From: Bacteroidia bacterium
GTDB lineage: Bacteria; Bacteroidota; Bacteroidia; NS11-12g; UBA955
Direction of reading: 5' to 3'
Assembly (NCBI GenBank): GCA_041391605.1
Contig: JAWKNQ010000002.1
Coordinates: 21,417 to 85,416, forward strand
DNA length: 64,000 bases
The stretch's first letter is position 1, and each line of letters opens with the position of its first letter. The translations under genes were made by a program, and so were the position numbers. The notes beneath the pieces were generated by a model, which saw nothing but the letters and a program-made list of their open reading frames with translations, had not been told where the DNA came from and ran no database searches. Positions 38,506-47,953 of the stretch are shown one piece after another.

Positions 38506-39509
38506 ATGAATCAAAATACACTTATCACATTAAATCAATTTATTTCAGATGAGCAGAATAAATTTCCATTCGTTCAAGGAAGTTTATCTCGAATCTTTAG
38601 AAATCTTCAACTTGCTGCAAAAATGATTAATAGGATGTAAGAAAAGCTGGTTTGATTGATGTATTGCAGTTTTGGTGAAACCAATGTACAAGGTGAAGAG
38701 CAAAGAAACTAGATGTTATAAGCAATGAAGTTTTTATGCGCTTGATGGATATGGGAAGCGATTGTGTTTGTGTTGTTTCTGAGGAAGATGAAGATATTCA
38801 TTGGTGTCCAAATGGTAAAAATGGAAAATATATTTTGGCTATCGACCCACTCGATGGTTCATCTAATATCGATGTAAATGCTTCAATTGGTTCTATTTTT
38901 TCAATTTATAAACGTTTGTCTCCGGATAAAGATGTTGATCAAAGAGACATTTTACAAAAAGGAACTCAACAAGTTGCTGCTGGATATGTAATTTATGGTA
39001 CAGCAACAATGTTTGTGTATACAACAGGGAGTGGTGTTAATGGATTTACCTTAGACGACTCACTTCAGGAATTTTGCTTGTCTCATCCTAATATTCAAAC
39101 TCCAAAGGCAGGTAAAATATTTTCAGTAAATGAAGGAAATTTAAACGATTTCCCAAAAGGAGTGGTCGAATATATTAATTGGTGTAAAGAAACTAACAAA
39201 GAAGAGAATAGACCATATTCAGCTAGATATATTGGCTCTCTAATTGCAGATTTTCATAGAAATTTATTAAAAGGAGGAGTGTATCTTTACCCTTCTACAG
39301 GAAAAGCCCCAAATGGCAAACTGCGATTGTTATATGAATGTAATCCTATGGCCTTCTTAGTAGAACAGGCGGGAGGTATGGCAACTACAGGAAATCAAAG
39401 AATTATGGAAATCGAACCCAACGATTACCACCAAAGAACGCCTTTAATTATCGGTTCAACTGAAATGGTAGAGAAGGTTTTAGGAATGATGCGAGCTGAA
39501 TCAAATTAA
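38506..39509 (+). pseudogene. fbp: Class 1 fructose-1,6-bisphosphatase with three frameshifts near codons 42-75
   Basis: MNQNTLITLNQFISDEQNKFPFVQGSLSRIFRNLQLAAKMINR | DVRKAGLIDVL | [12 protein letters not shown] | [19 protein letters not shown]... The pieces lie in alternating frames. The remaining 257 codons are intact ([24 protein letters not shown]). Confidence 0.85.
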
Positions 39510-39512
39510 TTC

Positions 39513-40811
39513 TCAATCGTTCTGAGCCCAATTCGCTCTGTCACTTGGGGAGAATTGCCAAGGTGCACCGTTGTTTTCTAAATTGCTTAACATGTTATTC
39601 AATTCAGAAGGTGCAGAACTTTCTTCCATAACTTTGTATTGACGCATTTGCATAATTATGTCAACGGGGCTGATATTAACTGGACAGGCTTCAACGCAGG
39701 CATTACATGTTGTGCAAGCCCATAATTCTTCTGCAGTGGTTCTATCGTGTAATGATTTTCCATCATGAAAATCCTTACCGTTTTTATCTTTTAACTTGCC
39801 TAACTCTTCTACACGGTCTCTCGTGTCCATCATTACTTTACGAGGTGACAATAGTTTTCCAGTGATGTTTGCTGGGCAAACGCTTGTACATCTACCACAT
39901 TCTGTACAACTGTATGCATCCATTAAATTTTTCCAACTTAAATCGTTTACATCTTTAGCACCAAAACCTTCAGGAGCCGTATATCCTTCAGGTGGAGTAG
40001 CACTCGGATCCATCATAAGTTGAACTTCAGTGGTAACACTTTCCATGTTTTCAATTTTACCCTTAGGATTTAAATAGCTGTAATATGTGTTTGGGAAGGC
40101 AAGGAAAATATGCAAATGCTTACTGTAAGGAACATAATTTGCAAAGAATAATATTCCTAGCCAATGTAACCACCAACAGATTTCAACTACTAAATGTGAA
40201 CTTGATTCACTTAATCCAGAGAATAATGGGGCAAACAAACTACTAATCGGCATGCTGTAAGCAGATTGGAATCCTTTGTCTGCAGCATTCATTAACAAAA
40301 GAGCAAACATCAATACAATTTCTATCAATAAAATGTAATTGCCATCCAATTGCGGCCAACCTTTCATCTCATTACTTTGGAAACGTTTCACTGCTCCAAA
40401 ATTTCTTCGAACTAAAAAAACAATACAAGCCACAATAACTAACGCACCAAGTATTTCAAAAAATCCTATTGTCACTCCATAAAAACTACCAAGATAAGGT
40501 TCGAATACGCGATGTGTACCTATTAAACCGTCAATTAAGATTTCAAGAACCTCAATATTGATTAAAACAAATCCAACATAAATTAAAATATGAAAAAAGC
40601 CAGCAAGTGGACGTTTTACCATTTTGCTTTGGCCTAATGCAACCATAGCCATTGTTTTCAGGCGCTCTGAAGATCTATCTGAGCGGTCTTCATCTCTACC
40701 TAAATTGATGTTTCTTTTTATTCTGCCAATGCTTTTAGCAAGTAGATAAGTGGCAAAGGCTGTAACGAGGATAAATACTATTTGACTAATCATAAGTGTA
40801 AGGCGCTTCAA
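39513..40811 (-). CDS. Membrane-anchored (Fe-S)-binding protein, 2x[4Fe-4S] ferredoxin-type domain
   Basis: About 6 TM helices with conserved His (HLHIFLAFPN). CTECGRCTSVCP and CTTCNACVEACP cluster motifs. Confidence 0.75.
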   Translation of the reverse strand: MKRLTLMISQIVFILVTAFATYLLAKSIGRIKRNINLGRDEDRSDRSSERLKTMAMVALGQSKMVKRPLAGFFHILIYVGFVLINIEVLEILIDGLIGTHRVFEPYLGSFYGVTIGFFEILGALVIVACIVFLVRRNFGAVKRFQSNEMKGWPQLDGNYILLIEIVLMFALLLMNAADKGFQSAYSMPISSLFAPLFSGLSESSSHLVVEICWWLHWLGILFFANYVPYSKHLHIFLAFPNTYYSYLNPKGKIENMESVTTEVQLMMDPSATPPEGYTAPEGFGAKDVNDLSWKNLMDAYSCTECGRCTSVCPANITGKLLSPRKVMMDTRDRVEELGKLKDKNGKDFHDGKSLHDRTTAEELWACTTCNACVEACPVNISPVDIIMQMRQYKVMEESSAPSELNNMLSNLENNGAPWQFSPSDRANWAQND

Positions 40812-40859
40812 TATTAAACAAAAAAAGAAAAAATAGTTTGGTAAAAGTTAAAAAAAGAA

Positions 40860-40867
40860 TATTTTTG
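40860..40867 (+). promoter_or_regulatory. -7 promoter box TATTTTTG
   Basis: Matches TAnnTTTG. Lies 17 nt upstream of the tRNA 5' end. Confidence 0.5.
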
Positions 40868-40883
40868 CACTCCCAATTGCAGC

Positions 40884-40956
40884 GGTACCTTAGCTCAGTT
40901 GGTAGAGCAAAGGACTGAAAATCCTTGTGTCCGCAGTTCGATTCTGCGAGGTACCA
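40884..40956 (+). tRNA. tRNA-Phe (anticodon GAA)
   Basis: Cloverleaf readable by eye: acceptor GGTACCT/AGGTACC, D arm GCTC-AGTTGGTA-GAGC, anticodon stem AAGGA/TCCTT with loop CTGAAAA, T arm CGCAG-TTCGATT-CTGCG. CCA is not encoded. Confidence 0.95.
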
Positions 40957-40965
40957 CTCCAAAAA

Positions 40966-40990
40966 CTCTACAGAAATGTAGAGTTTTTTT
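40966..40990 (+). terminator. Rho-independent terminator
   Basis: CTCTACA-GAAA-TGTAGAG followed by T7. Confidence 0.85.
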
Positions 40991-41049
40991 ATTTACAATA
41001 ATTTCCCTTTCTCTTTTCTTATTAACCTTTTGAATTCCTGAATTTGCAT

Positions 41050-41057
41050 TACTTTTG
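41050..41057 (+). promoter_or_regulatory. -7 promoter box TACTTTTG
   Basis: Matches TAnnTTTG. Lies 14 nt upstream of the ATG at 41071. Confidence 0.4.
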
Positions 41058-41070
41058 CATTCATTAAAAA

Positions 41071-43038
41071 ATGAAGTCAATTTATGCCCTGTTTATATTG
41101 CTATTCACTTTGCCGGCAATAGGTCAAAATGTTGACGAAGAGGTATACGATACGGCAAGACGTCAAGATCCACACTCAACTGATTTTTCTACCTTTATAC
41201 GCAATCGACATTTTCCTAATCCGACAGACAGCTCGATGCTTTACACCCAACAGTACGATATGACCAAAAGAAATCATGTTGGGATTCAGAACCTCGGTGA
41301 TGTGAATACACCTTTTATTGATCTGCAATTCAAACCATTCGAACGAACTGGCTTTGTAAGTGGCATGACTCCATTCATGAATTTGTATTGGAAAGCCAAT
41401 GATGCCCAGTTTTATAATGCACTTTTACCTTTTACTCAATTTCATTATGCTCAAGGAAGTGGTGGTCAAAGGGGGATGATTGATTTTGATGCTTTTCACA
41501 CACAAAATATTGGAAAACGTTTTAATATTTCAGCCAAGTATCACAGCACATCGAATGATGGTTCATACAGTCGTATGAGTTTTTCATGTAAGAATATTCA
41601 ATTGAGTGGGTATTACACAAGCAAGAATTTCAGATATACTGCGGCATACATCGCTACATGGAATAAAGTAAATATGATGGAAAATGGGGGTATTGACCAA
41701 TCTCCTGAAACCGACACGTTATTTAAAAGTTTAAGTGCAAATGTGCGTATAGTTGATGTTTCTTTAAGTCATGCAAGGAATATCAACCGATATCGTGAGC
41801 ATAAAATTCAACAAGTTTATTGGCTTTTGATGGATAGAAGTAAATCTACAAAGGATTCTTTGTCCGATCCAGATGGAAGTTTAGGTATTAGTCATTCATT
41901 TAGTGCAATTCGACAAGCAAATTACTACACAGACGTTGCAGCTGATTATGGGTTTTACGATTCAGTGTATAATTTTAATTCAGACGGAAGCGCAGATTCA
42001 TTTGGGGTTATGGAGTACAGGAATACCATTGAATTGTTTACCCCAATAAACAAAAAAAGTCTGAGTTTTAGAGCAGGTTTAGGATACGATTATTTCACTA
42101 TTTATCAGTCGGCGAATAGTCAAAACTACATAAATCAAATAGCACATAATTCTTCTGTGTTCACACAGTTTAATTTTAAAATAGGACAATTTCTTCAATC
42201 GGAGGCTTATGGAATTTTTTATTTTGAAGGGTATAATCAAGATGACTACTTATTAAGATGGAGAAATCAAACTTTTATTGGAAGAAAGAAGAAGTGGAAT
42301 GCAACTGCATCCTTGCAAGCAAGTTCTCATAAACCATTTTACAAGCAACTCAACTTGTTTTCAAATCACTTTTTATGGAATAACACATTTGAAAAAACTG
42401 GATATCAAAGTTTGAATGTAAATTTATCAAAAGCAATAAAGAGACCCAAGGTATATGGTCCTTTTTCCTATTCATTGCCTCCAAAAGCATTTAATATAGG
42501 AGTTCAATACAGCCTGATTGATAATTTGGTTTATTATGGTTCTGATAACACACCTCAGCAAGCTAGTCGAGGACAATCGTGTTTACAAGGCAATGCTGAG
42601 TTTCATGTAAATTTGAAAGCTTTACAGTTGCACCAAGATTTTGTGTACCAAGTATTTTCAAAAAACCTTGAACCTGTCATTCAATTGCCAAATGTGATTT
42701 CAAAAACAAGTCTTTATTTTCAAACTTTAGCATTTAAAAAGGCAAGTTTTTTGCAGATTGGAATTGATGCCTATGTAAGTAGCTCTTATAAAGCTGGATT
42801 TTATAATCCCGGCTTGCAAAACTTTAGAGTAAGCAATGTGTCAGTTGGTGCATATCCATTTTTTGATGTTTTTATAAATGCGGAAGTAAAAACAGCGCGA
42901 ATCTTTTTCAAGATGGAGCATGTCAATCAAGATTTATTTTCTCTGCAAACCTTTCCTAATTATATCTATGTGTCGCCTTATCAGCCTTCTGCTCCAAGGC
43001 GATTTAGATTGGGATTTGTTTGGAAGTTTTATTACTAA
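41071..43038 (+). CDS. Putative porin / large outer-membrane beta-barrel protein
   Basis: Signal peptide MKSIYALFILLFTLPAIGQ. 655 aa rich in Y/F/N/S with alternating beta pattern. C-terminal aromatic end FVWKFYY. Confidence 0.55.
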   Translation: MKSIYALFILLFTLPAIGQNVDEEVYDTARRQDPHSTDFSTFIRNRHFPNPTDSSMLYTQQYDMTKRNHVGIQNLGDVNTPFIDLQFKPFERTGFVSGMTPFMNLYWKANDAQFYNALLPFTQFHYAQGSGGQRGMIDFDAFHTQNIGKRFNISAKYHSTSNDGSYSRMSFSCKNIQLSGYYTSKNFRYTAAYIATWNKVNMMENGGIDQSPETDTLFKSLSANVRIVDVSLSHARNINRYREHKIQQVYWLLMDRSKSTKDSLSDPDGSLGISHSFSAIRQANYYTDVAADYGFYDSVYNFNSDGSADSFGVMEYRNTIELFTPINKKSLSFRAGLGYDYFTIYQSANSQNYINQIAHNSSVFTQFNFKIGQFLQSEAYGIFYFEGYNQDDYLLRWRNQTFIGRKKKWNATASLQASSHKPFYKQLNLFSNHFLWNNTFEKTGYQSLNVNLSKAIKRPKVYGPFSYSLPPKAFNIGVQYSLIDNLVYYGSDNTPQQASRGQSCLQGNAEFHVNLKALQLHQDFVYQVFSKNLEPVIQLPNVISKTSLYFQTLAFKKASFLQIGIDAYVSSSYKAGFYNPGLQNFRVSNVSVGAYPFFDVFINAEVKTARIFFKMEHVNQDLFSLQTFPNYIYVSPYQPSAPRRFRLGFVWKFYY

Positions 43039-43045
43039 AGTAAAA

Positions 43046-44719
43046 CTAATGTAGTTTCAAGTATTTAAGCGAATGTGTTGAATTCTGAGTATATATTTTG
43101 AAAAAATACATCCCACTACTTAAATGTTCAATTGAAATATTAGAACCTTTAACATTGCAATCAATGTGCTTTCCACTGAAGTCAAAACATTCAATTTTTT
43201 GAATGCTTACATCTGAAACAAGTTGAATTGAACCATTCCCTGGATTGGGGTATAAGCTCAAATTGTGCGAACTCAATATAGAATTTGTGCCAACATAACC
43301 ATAGCAATATTGATCCATGATTTCCATAGATTTTTTAATGTTAAGACGACCCCCTGTGACGTTTTTGCCATTTAAATCATCAATTGGGTCTACACCTTCA
43401 AGAATGAATTTTCGCATCATTAAACTTCCTTTTGCAGGATTTGTTTTTATTGAATCCAAAACTCTTTCGCAAGCGTAACTATGCAATACGCCAACTGCAG
43501 CAGTAACCATTGGCGTTGCAAAAGAAGTGCCCGAGAATCCACTTCGGTAAATACGGTCTAAATCTATATTTGCCTTGGTGTATGCTCCTGTGGAGAAAAT
43601 ACTTGATCCAGGAGCACTTAAATCAATGCTTATAGGACTAAAACCTGAATTAAAATGTTTATCACTACTAGAGGTCGAGTTTACAGTGATTAGATGATTG
43701 CTTGGGCATAAGGTGGGAAGGTCTCCATCTGTGTCCACTAAACTCCCATTGTTATTTGTTGCGGCGCTTACATTAGTGATGCCGTATTTACCCAAAGTAT
43801 CATATAAGCTACACCAAATTGGCGCCTGGTTAGGGAATTTACCATCAACGCCCCAAGAGGCATTCGTTGCCACTACAAAAGCTCCTTTTTGACCATTTGT
43901 CGAATTGTAAAGTTTTCTTTGGTGTAAGACATAGTTGTATGCTTTAATCACATCTGATTGGAATGTGTTAGGAAATCTGCCAGTGTCGGTAAAATTGACA
44001 ATCATAAGTTTTACATTCCACATTATACCAGTCACTCCGGTAATGTTGTTACCGCGCGCACCAATAATTCCTGCCACAGGAGTTCCATGCCCGGCTTTAT
44101 AATAATTACTGTCACTAATGTCGTTGTCGTTTCCAACAAAATTCCATCCGTAATGGTCGTCGATATACCCATTGCTGTCGTCATCAATGCCATTCCCAAT
44201 TGTGTCAGCATAATTAATCCAAATATTGCCTTGAAAATCGGGGTGATTTATATGTAATCCATCATCAATAACTGCAATAACAATTGTATCGCCAGCTTTA
44301 TTAACACCTTTTCTGTTGAGATCCCAAGCTTGTGTGGCTTTGATTATGGGTAAGTGCCACTGTTTATTAAACAAGGTATCGTTTGGCAGAGTACTTCTAA
44401 GCTTTATCTCAGTATCCTCTTGATGTAATACATAGTAAGGTAATTGTCTAATTAGATTAATCGCTTGATATTCAGGAGTCTGTTGTTCTTTGTATTGGAA
44501 TACAAAGATTGTTTGTTCAACATTAAGCGCTTTTATTTGAATGAAATTATACCCTGTCAATTCATCGAGTTCATGGACCCGAAAACTATTTGAAAATTGC
44601 GCAATAATTCCTTTTAATTCAACTTGAATATTTGAAGAAATTGCAGTTTGAGTATATAAAATAACACTTAATAGAAGTAGTTTACGCATCAATACAAAGA
44701 TACTTAATTCTTTAGACAT
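43046..44719 (-). CDS. S8 family serine peptidase with T9SS (type A) C-terminal sorting domain
   Basis: Catalytic triad contexts VIDDGL, GHGTPVAGII, SGTSFATPMV. C-terminal LSLYPNPGNGSIQL...GMYFFKIY. The real start may be MRKLLLL at 44689. Confidence 0.85.
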   Translation of the reverse strand: MSKELSIFVLMRKLLLLSVILYTQTAISSNIQVELKGIIAQFSNSFRVHELDELTGYNFIQIKALNVEQTIFVFQYKEQQTPEYQAINLIRQLPYYVLHQEDTEIKLRSTLPNDTLFNKQWHLPIIKATQAWDLNRKGVNKAGDTIVIAVIDDGLHINHPDFQGNIWINYADTIGNGIDDDSNGYIDDHYGWNFVGNDNDISDSNYYKAGHGTPVAGIIGARGNNITGVTGIMWNVKLMIVNFTDTGRFPNTFQSDVIKAYNYVLHQRKLYNSTNGQKGAFVVATNASWGVDGKFPNQAPIWCSLYDTLGKYGITNVSAATNNNGSLVDTDGDLPTLCPSNHLITVNSTSSSDKHFNSGFSPISIDLSAPGSSIFSTGAYTKANIDLDRIYRSGFSGTSFATPMVTAAVGVLHSYACERVLDSIKTNPAKGSLMMRKFILEGVDPIDDLNGKNVTGGRLNIKKSMEIMDQYCYGYVGTNSILSSHNLSLYPNPGNGSIQLVSDVSIQKIECFDFSGKHIDCNVKGSNISIEHLSSGMYFFKIYTQNSTHSLKYLKLH

Positions 44720-44849
44720 CTTAGTAATTAGACACTCAGATGCTCAAAAGGCTGCATCATGATTTTGTAAATTAGCGTCGTGTTTACATTAAAGAAATTA
44801 AAAGTTCATTTCTTTTTTCAATTATAAATCTAAGATTCTAAAGTTTACT

Positions 44850-44857
44850 TAATTTTG
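44850..44857 (+). promoter_or_regulatory. -7 promoter box TAATTTTG
   Basis: Matches TAnnTTTG. Lies only 8 nt before the ATG at 44865, so the mRNA may be near-leaderless. Confidence 0.4.
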
Positions 44858-44864
44858 CCTTTCA

Positions 44865-45671
44865 ATGAACAGAGAAGAGCTTATTTCTGAAATTAAGGCC
44901 AAACAAAGTTTACTATGTGTTGGGTTGGATACAAGTATAGATAAATTGCCTATTGGAATCGAGAAAAGTATTGATGGTGTTTTACAGTTTAACAAATCAA
45001 TTATTGATGTAACAAAAGACTATAGCGTGGCATATAAAATCAACACAGCTTTTTATGAGCAGTATGGAAAATTAGGCTGGCAATGCATGGAAGAAACACT
45101 CCAATATATTCCTGAAAATTGTTTCACTATTGCTGATGCAAAGAGAGGTGATATTGGCAACACTAGTAGCATGTATGCTAAGGCGTTTTTTGAAAACATG
45201 AATTTCGACTCAATAACAGTTGCACCATATATGGGAGAAGATTCTTTGCTTCCTTTTTTTCAATTTGAAGGCAAATGGGTGATTTGTTTAGGTTTAACAA
45301 GCAATAAAGGTAGCAAGGATTTTCAAACACTTGAATACGAAGGTGAGAAACTGTACGAAATAGTAATGAAAACTGTGAGTAAGTGGGGCCGAACTGATAA
45401 CTTAATGTTTGTAACAGGTGCAACTAAAGCTGAAGACCTTAATACCTTAAGACAAATGTTCCCGCAGCACTTTTTTTTAGTTCCAGGAGTGGGAGCACAA
45501 GGAGGAACAGTTGAGGACGTCTGTAAAAACGCATTAACCAGTTTTGGGGGTTTATTAATAAATTCAAGTAGAGGAATATTATATGCTTCTTCAGGAGAAG
45601 ATTATATGGAAAAAGCAAGGAATGAAGCAATGACACTTCAATTACAATGCTCAAAAGCAATGGGTCAATAA
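44865..45671 (+). CDS. pyrF: Orotidine 5'-phosphate decarboxylase (type 2)
   Basis: LCVGLDT, IADAKRGDIGNTS, VPGVGAQGG. Confidence 0.85.
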   Translation: MNREELISEIKAKQSLLCVGLDTSIDKLPIGIEKSIDGVLQFNKSIIDVTKDYSVAYKINTAFYEQYGKLGWQCMEETLQYIPENCFTIADAKRGDIGNTSSMYAKAFFENMNFDSITVAPYMGEDSLLPFFQFEGKWVICLGLTSNKGSKDFQTLEYEGEKLYEIVMKTVSKWGRTDNLMFVTGATKAEDLNTLRQMFPQHFFLVPGVGAQGGTVEDVCKNALTSFGGLLINSSRGILYASSGEDYMEKARNEAMTLQLQCSKAMGQ

Positions 45672-45674
45672 GAT

Positions 45675-46613
45675 TTAGCTTATTTTTACAACATCTCTTT
45701 TGTCCTTTTTTTTCATTTTCTTTGGAACAGTAGCAATAATTTCGTCAGAAAGAGTTTTTATAAGTTTCTTTTTTACAAAATGACGATGTGTAAACATGCT
45801 AATTTCTCTAACTGGTTCAGGGGATTTAAAGTAACGCACAAGTTCCATCTGTTCGTCACTCATATCCATCACAGCGAGCTCAGGTAATATTGTTATTCCA
45901 TCATCTTGCTCCACAATTCTTTTTAGGGTTTCGACACTTCCTGTTTGGTACTCAAATCTAGCTTTCGTGCTGTCTTTTTTTCTTTCACTACAAAGGTTAA
46001 TCACTTGATTTCGCATACAATGTCCTTCATTTAAAATCCAAATGTCTTTTAAGTCAAGATCACTGCCTTTCAAAGTGGTTTTTTTAAATAATTTATGAGA
46101 CTCCGAAACATAGGCCACAAATTCTTCGTAGTAAAGTGTTTCTTCGTTTAAATTTTTATCCTTTATTGGGGAAGCCATTATTCCACAATCCAATAGGTCA
46201 TTTTTAAGATGATGAATAATTTGATCAGTTGTTAATTCATTCACAACTAAATTCACATCTGGATATTTATCTAAAAATTGCACAAGAAATCTTGGAATTA
46301 AATATGGGGCGACAGTTGGAATTATACCCAACCTTAATTCACCTTTGATTATACCTTTTTCATCTTGAATTAACTCGATAATTTTACTGTGTTCTTTTAA
46401 AACATTCCTTGCTTGTATAATAATATCTTCACCAATATGTGTAGGGATTACTGGTTGCTTGCTTCTGTCAAAAATTTTAACCCCAAGCTCATCTTCCAAT
46501 TTCTGAATCTGCATACTTAAGGTAGGTTGAGTAACAAAACAACTGTCAGCAGCATTCACGAAATTTCGATGTGTATCAAGAGCTATGATGTATTCAAGTT
46601 GAGTTATAGTCAT
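45675..46613 (-). CDS. oxyR: LysR-family regulator, OxyR-like
   Basis: HTH region TQLEYIIALDTHRNFVNAADSCFVTQPTLSMQIQKLEDELG. Redox-Cys context LNEGHCMRNQVINLC. Confidence 0.7.
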   Translation of the reverse strand: MTITQLEYIIALDTHRNFVNAADSCFVTQPTLSMQIQKLEDELGVKIFDRSKQPVIPTHIGEDIIIQARNVLKEHSKIIELIQDEKGIIKGELRLGIIPTVAPYLIPRFLVQFLDKYPDVNLVVNELTTDQIIHHLKNDLLDCGIMASPIKDKNLNEETLYYEEFVAYVSESHKLFKKTTLKGSDLDLKDIWILNEGHCMRNQVINLCSERKKDSTKARFEYQTGSVETLKRIVEQDDGITILPELAVMDMSDEQMELVRYFKSPEPVREISMFTHRHFVKKKLIKTLSDEIIATVPKKMKKKDKRDVVKIS

Positions 46614-46703
46614 TTGTTATATCTTTTGATGCAAATATAGATGAAAAATTCAAACTAAGCAAATTCAGTTACCTTCAATGGGTATTTCGCACAAATAGTC
46701 GTT

Positions 46704-46740
46704 TAAAAAAAATATCCTGACAGTTTAACTATCAGGATAT
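46704..46740 (-). terminator. Rho-independent terminator (minus strand)
   Basis: ATATCCTGA/TCAGGATAT 9-bp stem followed on the minus strand by a T-run of at least 7. Lies 23 nt after the stop at 46763. Confidence 0.7.
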
Positions 46741-46762
46741 TTATAAAAAGTTTCAAATTAGG

Positions 46763-47425
46763 TTAATCAAATATTCCAAAGATTACAAGCAGAGCATGAA
46801 CTACTGGAAGACCCCATCCAAAGAATAATCCACCGGTAAATGCACCTACAGCTAAAAGACATAATAAAATACTAATCCAAAAATGAGTCTCAATCTCTCC
46901 AAAATACAGGAATATCGCAATAGGCGGGATTAGAAAGGCCAAAATTATTAAAAGTATTAGTTCTGCATCTGCATCATTACTTGAATGAGTACTATTTAAT
47001 GTTTCTTTAATTTTGGGTGAATTAAAATTGGATTTTTTTGAGACATCTGAACTTGATTCAAAGTTATTATCTAATGATTTATTACTTTTTAAAAACGAAT
47101 GTTTTTGTCTTGATTGTGTTGATGAGACAATGTCATTTTGTACTTCCTCTTCAACAATAGATTCTTTAGCCAGTTCTTCTTTAACATCTTCTTCATCTAT
47201 TGTGACATTAGCGTCTGCAGCAATGGTTTCATTTTGAATAATTGTTTTTGTGTTTTTTTCTTTTTTAGGCTTAGGAGTTTTTTTGCCCCCGTTGTCGTCT
47301 TTTGCACTAAACCAGTCGATGTTTAAACCTCTGCTGTAACGCTTTTGAGAAATTGAAAGGCTGCCACATGATGACAATAATATGGCAATAATAGCCACGA
47401 TTGATAGTTGAATTGATTTTTTCAT
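46763..47425 (-). CDS. Lipoprotein with acidic/Ser-rich linker and C-terminal YqaE/Pmp3-like two-TM domain
   Basis: Lipobox LLSSCGS. Low-complexity middle region. C-terminal LAFLIPPIAIFLYFG...WISILLCLL resembles the Pmp3/UPF0057 motif. Confidence 0.5.
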   Translation of the reverse strand: MKKSIQLSIVAIIAILLSSCGSLSISQKRYSRGLNIDWFSAKDDNGGKKTPKPKKEKNTKTIIQNETIAADANVTIDEEDVKEELAKESIVEEEVQNDIVSSTQSRQKHSFLKSNKSLDNNFESSSDVSKKSNFNSPKIKETLNSTHSSNDADAELILLIILAFLIPPIAIFLYFGEIETHFWISILLCLLAVGAFTGGLFFGWGLPVVHALLVIFGIFD

Positions 47426-47429
47426 ACGA

Positions 47430-47930
47430 TTAATTAAATACGATTAAAACTTGATTTTTTTCTACTGCTGCTTTTTCTTCAATTTTGATTTCTTTTATTG
47501 ATCCATCAATTGGTGATTTGATGATGTTTTCCATCTTCATGGCTTCTAATATCAGTAAAGGGTCTCCTTTTTTAACTTCTTGTTCTGCTTTTACAGAAAT
47601 ACTCAAAACAAGTCCTGGCATTGGAGCTCTCATCTCATTGATTTTTGGTTTAGAAATCAAATCGAGTCCCATACTGTGAAGCAATTGGTCTAATCGGTCT
47701 TTTATTCCAACAGTGTATGATTTGCCATCGTACCCAATTTCCACTGTTTTATTTTCTTTGTCGATATTAATTATTTCGAAATAGTAGGAGTGATTCTTGA
47801 AAATTAAATGCAGATACTTGCCGTTTTGCAGAGATATGATATCTAAAGCATTTTTCTGCCCATTAACAGTAACTTCATTGCCTTTAATTTCAATTTGATA
47901 GGAATCGTTTTGGAGATTTGCTTCCAACAT
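47430..47930 (-). CDS. Biotin/lipoyl-attachment domain protein (BCCP-like)
   Basis: C-terminal APMPGLVLSI...LEAMKMEN biotinyl-lysine motif. 166 aa. Confidence 0.8.
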   Translation of the reverse strand: MLEANLQNDSYQIEIKGNEVTVNGQKNALDIISLQNGKYLHLIFKNHSYYFEIINIDKENKTVEIGYDGKSYTVGIKDRLDQLLHSMGLDLISKPKINEMRAPMPGLVLSISVKAEQEVKKGDPLLILEAMKMENIIKSPIDGSIKEIKIEEKAAVEKNQVLIVFN

Positions 47931-47953
47931 ATGTCTGCAAATTTAGAGTATTC

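Noticed and set aside
38620-38740. Programmed ribosomal frameshifting or transcriptional slippage as an explanation for the frameshifted genes
   Set aside because: Each patch has several shifts of both signs. No shared slippery heptamer or downstream structure is present. The affected genes (fbp, rsmA, capA-like, adhesin) have no known recoding.
40884-44719. tRNA-Phe as an integration site for a genomic island (porin + S8 peptidase downstream)
   Set aside because: There is no integrase, no visible direct repeat of the tRNA 3' end and no obvious compositional break. Both genes are ordinary Bacteroidota envelope or secreted proteins.
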